Below, piece by piece: positions 61,833-64,000 of a DNA stretch of 64,000 bases. The translations under genes were made by a program, and so were the position numbers. The stretch covers positions 1,612,001 through 1,676,000 of the forward strand of contig CM030337.1 of the NCBI GenBank assembly GCA_017654855.1, written 5' to 3'. The notes beneath the pieces were generated by a model. It ran no database searches and was not told where the DNA came from. It worked only from the letters and a program-made list of their open reading frames with translations. How positions within the stretch are numbered: position 1 is the first letter of the stretch; each line of letters starts with the position of its first letter. The DNA comes from Podospora anserina. Lineage: Eukaryota.

Positions 61833-62674
61833 GCAGCAGCAAGAAACGCCGCTCCCGCTCCCCCAAATCACCCCCCGGAGGTCGGTACCGCATCCCGGAA
61901 AAGGGACAACTCCAAATCATCATCAAGAACCAAAACAAAACGGCGCTCAAGCTCTTTCTTGTCCCTTACGACCTTGCGGGGATGGAGCCAGGGACGAAAA
62001 CTTTTGTCAGGCAGAGGAGTTACTCGGCCGGTTCGATACTGGAGACTAAAGTCCCTGATATCAAACCTGTCGTCGACGCCAACACGTTGGGTAGTGACAG
62101 GGCGACGCTTCGTTATTTGGTTCACTTGCATATTTGCTGCCCGGCAAAGGGGAGGTATTATTTGTATAAATCGATCAGGGTGGTGTTTGCCAATAGGGTT
62201 CCCGATGGGAAGGAGAAGCTCAGGAATGAGATTACGCATCCTGATCCGAGGTTCTCGCCTTATAAGCCGGTGAGGGTGATGGGTCCTTCTCCGGTGGTGG
62301 GTGGGGGTCAGGGTGAGAGGAGGAGGAGTGTTGGGTTTGCTTTGCAGCAGCAGCGACAACAACAACAACAAGATCAACCGCGGGTGGCTTTCGGTGCTTC
62401 TGGGAGTCTGCCGAGGGGGTTTCAGCAGCCATTGCAGCAAACACCGGAGAGGGGGGGTGATAATACGGAGGAGGGTGTATCGCCTATGTCGGGGGTGCAA
62501 ATGACTGGTTTGGCTGCGGCGAGTTATGATAAACTCAGCAAGGGAGATGTTGGTTATGGCGGGAACACCACTGTGGGAAGCACACCGTCGGCGGGACTGC
62601 TGTCTCAAAGGCTGAGGTCGCTCGGGGAGCAAGATAGACGGCCGTTTCAGCAGCCGGATTCGGAGTTGGCATGA
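60278..62674 (+). CDS. Atos/FAM214 homologue (DUF4210 plus C-terminal chromosome-segregation domain)
   Basis: LVGSYEESILRGRMS, FIAQIGVLG, CPPHVTLPF, YRIPEKGQLQIIIKN, KLFLVPYDL, TFVRQR and LRYLVHL. Confidence 0.88.
61781..61831 (+). repeat. (AAC)17 coding microsatellite (poly-Asn)
   Basis: 17 perfect AAC units inside the Atos-like ORF. Confidence 0.95.
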
Positions 62675-62946
62675 GGGAGGGAGAGATGTGACATTTGGTA
62701 CTAGTTAGACTACCCTCTTGTTAGAAGCTGTCAGGATCAGGACTTTTCCATCATGTAGGAGTAATTTGGAACTGTCTGGGCCGGTAGATAGAGACGACAA
62801 AGGTCATATCTTGTTGAATTCATAAAAATCACACAAATCACATTAGGGCTTACATATGCTTCCAAATCAAAATTGCATTGGCTCTTCAAGGATATATTCT
62901 TTCAAGATTGGTTATATACCTAGTCCACCCACAAAACCTACATCAT

Positions 62947-64000
62947 TCACCTCCCATACAGCAACTTCTCCACCCTCTCCCCAATAGCCAAACAACTCGT
63001 CAGACCCGGGCTCTCAATCCCCAACAAATTCACCCACCCCTCCCACCCCTTCTCCCTCTCAATATAAAAATCCACAAACCCTTTCCCATGCGCGACGGCG
63101 CTCGCCCTCCCCAGCTTCGGCCTAATCCCCGCGTAATCCGGCACGAGTTGCCCCTCGTCCAGACCAGGCAAATACCTCTTGACCTCCCTGATCGTCTCCC
63201 CCAGCCTAGCCTGATTAACCTCCAAATCACCCGGACCATCAACCCACTCCACATCCGGCCCAAATTTAATCCTGCCCGCAAGATCCATGGTCAGATGCGT
63301 CCCCAGCCCTCCATGGCCAGGCTCAGGGGCGGGGTAGATCAACGTGTTAACCTTGGGCTGGGGGGCAGGGTAAGAAAAGTAATTCCCCTTCGCATAGTAC
63401 AGTTTCTTGTGTTGATCCTCCGGAACGATGAGATTGTTGATCTCAACCGCGCCCAATCCAGCAGCGTTGATGAGAGTTTCCGTTGTAATGGCGGAGGTTT
63501 CACCGCTGGGATCAGAGACGACGAGTTCCCAGCCTGAGGAGCCCTTGTTCCCTAGCGGGGTAATACCTTTCACATCGGAGGATAACGCGAGAGTACCGCC
63601 CGCTTCTTCAAACAGACCCAACAGGGTGAGCATCAGCGCGTGGGAGTCGATAATTCCCGTTGTTGGCGACTCCAAAATGGCTTTCTCTGCCCTGACGGCT
63701 GGTTCCCTTTCTTTGGCGGTTTCTAAAGAGACCCACTCAATAGGGACGTGCAGTTCATTCTTGCAAAAGTTGTGGATTTGCTCGAGGGCCGCGAGTTGGA
63801 GGTCGTTTTGGGCTACGATCCATTTCCCTGTGCGGCGGTGGGGGATGTCATGCTTCGCACAGAGGGAGTAGAGCAGTTCCTTGCCTCTGAGGCAGAGGGA
63901 AGTTTTGAGGGAGTCAGCACCGTAGTATATGCCTGCGTGGATCACCTCGCTGTTGCGGGACGAGGTTTCTGTTCCGATGGCATTGTGGCGCTCGAGGAGG
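62947..64000 (-). CDS. L-2-hydroxyglutarate dehydrogenase-like FAD oxidoreductase (start lies beyond the window)
   Basis: ERHNAIGTETSSRNSEVIHAGIYY, LINAAGLGA, KGNYF, GLGTHLT, FGPDVEW, YAGIRPK and LLGIESPGLTSCLAI. Confidence 0.9.
   Translation of the reverse strand, partial: LLERHNAIGTETSSRNSEVIHAGIYYGADSLKTSLCLRGKELLYSLCAKHDIPHRRTGKWIVAQNDLQLAALEQIHNFCKNELHVPIEWVSLETAKEREPAVRAEKAILESPTTGIIDSHALMLTLLGLFEEAGGTLALSSDVKGITPLGNKGSSGWELVVSDPSGETSAITTETLINAAGLGAVEINNLIVPEDQHKKLYYAKGNYFSYPAPQPKVNTLIYPAPEPGHGGLGTHLTMDLAGRIKFGPDVEWVDGPGDLEVNQARLGETIREVKRYLPGLDEGQLVPDYAGIRPKLGRASAVAHGKGFVDFYIEREKGWEGWVNLLGIESPGLTSCLAIGERVEKLLYGR

Noticed and set aside
18913-64000. Mitochondrial 2-oxoglutarate cluster (IDH2, Atos homologue, L2HGDH)
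   Set aside because: Scattered among unrelated genes with no shared regulatory signal seen.

Overview
This is eukaryotic DNA from a filamentous ascomycete. Short GT-AG introns with CTRAC branch points, dispersed 5S and tRNA genes, RIP-like AT-rich relics and the gene set suggest a Sordariales fungus such as Podospora; that assignment is inference. Most of the window is core genes: STU1/CLASP (partial), a BSP-family HExxH protein, IDH2, SEC5, a Zn2Cys6 factor, a DUF676 lipase-like protein, tRNA-Ala(AGC), MTHFR, CSF1, a TMEM184/DUF300 protein, eEF2, a 5S rRNA, FYV7-like, an Atos/FAM214 homologue and L-2-hydroxyglutarate dehydrogenase (partial). The exception is a gene-poor, partly RIP-degraded stretch at about 4.5-18.8 kb. 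It holds a divergent cysteinyl-tRNA synthetase with substitutions beside the HIGH motif, a 1-nt frameshift that turns its N-terminus into an AUGA stop/start overlap, a GC-AG intron and a Cpc1/Gcn4 site. The gene is flanked by oppositely oriented TCCCA(A/G)C repeat arrays. Other notable items are a 5S rRNA variant with compensatory changes, a complex MTHFR leader (intron, uORFs and an in-frame Cys-containing leader frame), a spliced 85-aa gene, a tRNA relic and abrupt C-rich to G-rich skew switches inside genes. No transposase or recombinase is visible, so any mobility of the CysRS island is a hypothesis.
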